DNA from: an uncultured bacterium
Lineage (GTDB): Bacteria > Patescibacteriota > Minisyncoccia > UBA6257 > 2-01-FULL-56-20
Assembly (NCBI GenBank): GCA_963718515.1
Contig: OY970354.1
Coordinates: 1-44,362, forward strand
Length of the DNA stretch: 44,362 bases
Direction: 5' to 3'
Shown: positions 40,801 through 44,362 of the stretch, piece after piece
Numbering within the stretch: position 1 is the first letter of the stretch
Layout of the letters: each line of letters opens with the position of its first letter
Notes under the pieces: generated by a model
Told to the model about the DNA's origin: nothing
The model's input: only the letters and a program-made list of their open reading frames with translations
Databases searched by the model: none
Program-made: the position numbers and the translations under genes

Positions 40801-42626
40801 GTGAGGGTGCTCGTGGATAGACGCCATGGATCTATGGGGTTGTAAGGACTTGGAATGTCCACGTCCGCATCAGTCCCCACGGCGACCACCAAATTATTTT
40901 TCATCGTGACGTTGCTCGTCACCGGCAAGTTATACACCACTCCGGTCTGATAATTCGTTGCGGTGCGGCCGGTGTTGCTTCCCCCGAAGAGAAGTCCCGC
41001 GATTACATTACGATCGAACGTATTTGATTCCACCGTAAGGTATGAAGTGTTTCGGGAATAAAGCCCGCCCGCCCCTTCTAAGGCAGGGGTGTCTATGCCA
41101 TTCGACTGGTTTTGGCAAAAGAAATCATTTTGGAATACGAGAGGGCCCTCGTTATCCTCCGTGTCCGCCCCATTCGCCAAATTTTCAGAAAAAGTGGTAT
41201 TGGAAACCAGAATGTCCTGATTATCGGTGTCGAACCATAGGCCGCCGGTTTGATTATCGCTAAACGTGGAACTGGTGATGGTCGCGCCATGGATGTAGAG
41301 CGTTTTCATGCCTGCGGCGGCCCATCCCGTGAAACCCGCTTCATAACCGCGCCAATTGTTAAATGAGGTATTGTCGTTTTGCATAAAAACGTTCGGTACG
41401 CGATCGAGCACTATTCCATCATCGCCATTATGGTTCGCGGCACTATTCTGGATGGTGACGTCCGCCGCATTGTACATAAACAATCCCTCCCATGTGTTCC
41501 AAAGGAATTGATCGTTATCAAAAAGAAAATTTTTTCCGTTGATAACGGAAACCGTACCGCCACCGTCGATCCCGCTTGCGCTATGCGCAAAAACCAATCC
41601 CCTCAGGACGAGATTTTGAACATTGTCTGCGGTGACGAGGGACTGTCGGGTCGCAACTTCTATTTCCGCGCTCGCCATCTGCGTCCCTGCCGGCGGATCG
41701 ATCGTTATCGAACTTCCATCCGTAACAAAAAAAGTGCCCGGGGCGGTAAGCGGGCCGGAAAGTTCTTGTGCAAGCGGAAGGCCATTCACATATACCATCT
41801 CTGCGCGAAGGGCGAGACATCCCGCGCCGGAGCCGGGGCACGTGCTTGCGGCGGGAATAGGTTGCTGTCCCAACCAACCATTGGGAAGGGCTGCATATCC
41901 CCAACTATTCGGCCAAGGATGGGAGTAGGTGCCATCACCATTGCTTGTCCAACCAGCGTAGACATCCGATCCGGAAATAATTGCCTGACCAGGCACGGCT
42001 GCCTGTATGATAAGGGGCGCGCTGTTTGTTTGAGACGACCACGCACTAAGATTGAGCGTTTCACGATATATGCCGGGATTTACCATGATCTTGGTGCCTC
42101 CCAGAATATTCTTCGCCGCGATCGTGAGCGCCTTTCCTATTGTGGCATACGGCGCGGCGGAGGTTCCGGCATTGTTATCGTTTCCATATTGCGCATTTAC
42201 ATAGAGCGTTTCGGTGATGTTGCTCTCATTGATCGACGCACCGGTGCCGCCGACGGCGATGGTGGCCGCCGAAGCGCTTGCGCTCATCGGGGAACTATTT
42301 CCCATGGCATCAAAGGCCGATACGGTATAGGTATAGCTGGTCAAGGCCGTGAGTCCCAGATCAACGTAACTCGTCGCCGTCGCGCTTGCGACGAGCGTGC
42401 CATTGCGATAGATGTCGTATCCCGCGATCGCGGCGGTGGCATCGGTGGACGTCGCCCACGAAAGATCGATCTCGTCGGCCGCGGTGCCGGTCGCCGCGAG
42501 CGACGCGGGAGCGGATGGGCCGGCGGCGGCGCGGGTTGCCGGCGGCGTCACCGCCAGGAACGCACCGACCGTCACGATCGCCAATATGAATGCGAGCGAA
42601 AACAAAATCAACCTCGAGTGCCTCAT
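37872..42626 (-). CDS. Giant secreted wall-associated protein F (1,584 aa from the MRHSRL start), a mosaic paralogue of B
   Basis: - Signal peptide MRHSRLILFSLAFILAIVTVGAFLAV.
- An FN3 unit.
- A ~600-aa beta-helix-like region.
- Two FN3 units.
- Three Ig-like units.
- A putative He_PIG/cadherin-like Ig unit (PAITSS...FSYQITGSNSPTSYNASSLPSGLSVNTSSGMISGTP).
- A PKD-like unit.
- G6-YIPP.
- Two PG-binding domains (RPLTLGDTGADVNLLQRLL..., GSQGADVALLQELL...).
- The ORF is open to 42737. Confidence 0.9.
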   Translation of the reverse strand: MRHSRLILFSLAFILAIVTVGAFLAVTPPATRAAAGPSAPASLAATGTAADEIDLSWATSTDATAAIAGYDIYRNGTLVASATATSYVDLGLTALTSYTYTVSAFDAMGNSSPMSASASAATIAVGGTGASINESNITETLYVNAQYGNDNNAGTSAAPYATIGKALTIAAKNILGGTKIMVNPGIYRETLNLSAWSSQTNSAPLIIQAAVPGQAIISGSDVYAGWTSNGDGTYSHPWPNSWGYAALPNGWLGQQPIPAASTCPGSGAGCLALRAEMVYVNGLPLAQELSGPLTAPGTFFVTDGSSITIDPPAGTQMASAEIEVATRQSLVTADNVQNLVLRGLVFAHSASGIDGGGTVSVINGKNFLFDNDQFLWNTWEGLFMYNAADVTIQNSAANHNGDDGIVLDRVPNVFMQNDNTSFNNWRGYEAGFTGWAAAGMKTLYIHGATITSSTFSDNQTGGLWFDTDNQDILVSNTTFSENLANGADTEDNEGPLVFQNDFFCQNQSNGIDTPALEGAGGLYSRNTSYLTVESNTFDRNVIAGLLFGGSNTGRTATNYQTGVVYNLPVTSNVTMKNNLVVAVGTDADVDIPSPYNPIDPWRLSTSTLTSDDNTWYSAGNEPFIIPDGPVLNTAPTTITDTLPQWQSYTGQDTDSTSNQPSVNCSTALPPDDTTPPTTPIGLVTSTVTSSTVAFSWSPATDNVGVAGYDIYRNGTKIAITTATSYSDATVSLSASYTYTVAAYDPSGNISSQSIGLNVATPSNAPDVTPPSVPTGLAASNITTSTISLAWTQSTDPTVNGQTTSGLAGYRIYRGGVQVGTSTTNSFTNTGLTPSTTYSYTISAYDNAGNASAQSSGINATTGNPADTTPPTTSITSPLNNATVSSTITVSATASDNVGVVKVELYVDGTLTGTDTTSPYTFSLNTTSFANGSHVMFTKAYDAAGNTAVSGNITVTVNNVVLPSAPAITSSLSSSGTVGSAFSYQITGSNSPTSYNASSLPSGLSVNTSSGMISGTPTTAGTTSVTISATNAGGTGSSTLTLTVSNAPDVTPPVTSITSPLNNATVSGTSTITATASDNVGVVKVQFYMDGLLQGTDTVSPYTFSWNTNSVSNGTYTLTTKAYDAAGNVGTSGNVTVIVSNAPQTLTATLAASPVSGTAPVTTSLTASVAGTAQGTVNYIFYCNRSDTGTNITSPADLTVNAATATTYLASALCTYETQGTYAAKVIVERGSAPPAEAQEVITVSSSGTTPSSTPSSTFAITGATVSNVTDTGAELTITTNESSSIRVQYGSTTSYGNTTPASPELTTIYENLVSLTPNTVYNFLILATAEGSTSTVSSGNSMFTTAAPATAPTAPTSGGGGGGGYIPPVTSPITATSSSSSSSSIPIGGNSGSAPPPSIVYFPRPLTLGDTGADVNLLQRLLQTLGFFPTDIAPTSYFGAYTQHALLVFQNVHELAETGSLGPQSQALMNKVANAMAITTSSITRVATTTPAVSAPSSSSGLTFTRYLGPGSQGADVALLQELLIKDGDYPQAIITGYYGSLTERAVELFQAKNGIVNYGTPYFTGYGAVGPRTREALNDEEGE
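39961..40336. repeat. 376-bp segment identical to 8686..9061 (direct repeat, copy 2, inside gene F)
   Basis: See copy 1. The overlapping track ORFs 8717..8956 and 39992..40231 translate identically. Confidence 0.9.
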
Positions 42627-42950
42627 TAAAATAATTAAAACATACTCAGAGGGAATGAGCCACTCCTTTGAAGATTGCCATAAACGATTGACAATGAGTT
42701 CAGTGAAATCTATCCTATAGCCAGTAGGAGGCATCATGATGCGTCGCCTGCCACGCGAAAATCGTGGAAGTGAAACCCCTAAGGCTCAAACCAATACATG
42801 CGCCAGGGACCATCGGTCCAGGGGGTAAAAGCCAATTTCAGGAAAAAAGTAGTTTTCATTGCGTAGGGTGCGGCATTGCCTATGCCTTCCCCCCACAGCA
42901 AACATCCAACCCGAAACAATTCTGATCTTTACCAAGGAGGAACAATGGCA

Positions 42951-42981
42951 AAAGACCGGCGGGCTCTCACAACGAGTCCGG
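42951..42981 (-). terminator. Possible (bidirectional) terminator hairpin after tRNA-Asp
   Basis: CGGGCTC-TCACAAC-GAGTCCG forms a 6/7-bp stem. It is flanked by T-rich tracts on both strands (GTCTTTT on the minus strand, GCATTTTTT on the plus strand). Confidence 0.3.
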
Positions 42982-43034
42982 CATTTTTTATAAATAAAGA
43001 TAGCGAGGCAAAGGGGCTGTTATTTTAGGTGTTG

Positions 43035-43109
43035 CGCGGCCGACCGGACTTGAACCGGCAACCCCCGCCGTGACAGGGCGGTGCTCTAACCAAATTGAGC
43101 TACGACCGC
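43035..43109 (-). tRNA. tRNA-Asp (anticodon GTC), 3' CCA not encoded
   Basis: 75-nt cloverleaf: GCGGTCG-TA-GCTC-AATTTGGTTA-GAGC-A-CCGCC-CTGTCAC-GGCGG-GGGTT-GCCGG-TTCAAGT-CCGGT-CGGCCGC-G. The discriminator is G, and the next bases are CAA. Confidence 0.85.
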
Positions 43110-43127
43110 AAACTTACCTTGAAAATT

Positions 43128-43361
43128 CTATATTTTTTGCGCGGATAAATCAACCTTCCTTTCAAGCGCCGATACCCGAAGCTCGATCGCAATGACCGCC
43201 GTCCACGTATCGGCGTCCTTGAAATCTTTTCGGAGTTGGACTATTTCAGCCTTTATTTCATTCGACCCCGCCTCAAGAATGTCCAATCTTTTTTCGATCT
43301 TTCGAAACACTCCCTCAAGCATCACCGCAAGATCCTCTATGGTGGTTATTTTTTTATTCAT
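43128..43361 (-). CDS. Small coiled-coil hypothetical protein (77 aa from MNKKITT)
   Basis: A heptad-like sequence is present (IEDLAVMLEGVFRKIEKRLDILEAGSNEIKAEIVQLRKDF). It lies between ligA and tRNA-Asp on the same strand, and I recognise no homology. Confidence 0.45.
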   Translation of the reverse strand: MNKKITTIEDLAVMLEGVFRKIEKRLDILEAGSNEIKAEIVQLRKDFKDADTWTAVIAIELRVSALERKVDLSAQKI

Positions 43362-43414
43362 ACACAGAAGCATATGCCTTCACCTTGCGAAGTCAAAAAC
43401 TTTTTAATGTAGTT

Positions 43415-44362
<948 letters not shown>

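Noticed and set aside
41379-42629. A 416-aa Arg/Gly-rich plus-strand ORF lies opposite the 5' part of giant gene F.
   Set aside because: It has an implausible composition, and the minus-strand frame has a signal peptide, FN3 and beta-helix features.
42945-43028. A 27-codon plus-strand ORF (MAKDRRALTTSPAFFINKDSEAKGLLF) with a perfect AAGGAGG 5 nt upstream.
   Set aside because: It spans the terminator hairpin of tRNA-Asp and runs into the tRNA flank. There is no promoter, and other genes here mostly lack SD sequences. It is probably a chance match. I note it in case small-protein data exist.

Overview
This 44.4-kb segment is coded almost entirely on the minus strand. I infer from gene content and style, not from any search, that it comes from a small-genome uncultivated bacterium, possibly Patescibacteria/CPR-like.

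Left to right:
- The 5' 462 nt of a 23S rRNA, with its own consensus promoter and a ~455-nt structured leader. No 16S lies upstream.
- tRNA-Pro, dut, cca, a single-chain mitochondrial-type pheS, and tRNA-Met.
- A ~38-kb stretch dominated by four same-strand giant secreted proteins: 764 aa, 1,948 aa, a ~5,000-aa gene read as three ORFs because of two 1-nt frame breaks, and 1,584 aa. Together they fill ~63% of the window. All four end in a poly-Gly linker plus peptidoglycan-binding module.

Three things interrupt that array:
1. A 1.1-kb AT-rich gene-free spacer packed with AAA(GT/TG)NNACA palindromes, followed by a promoter / Thr-rich mini-ORF / terminator unit in front of the 1,948-aa gene.
2. 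A ~3-kb low-GC island holding an HTH protein, a large serine recombinase, an orphan helical protein and a promoter-driven 71-nt tRNA-like cloverleaf.
3. Housekeeping genes murD, gatC and gatA (frameshifted), plus three membrane or hypothetical genes, one with an Rx4H HEPN-like motif.

The right end carries tRNA-Asp (CCA not encoded), a small coiled-coil ORF and the 3' part of ligA. A perfect 376-bp direct repeat links two of the giant genes 31 kb apart. I saw no CRISPR array and no recognisable canonical defence operon.

All domain calls come from motif recognition by eye, and no searches were run. The three to four single-nucleotide frame problems could be assembly errors and need read-level checking.
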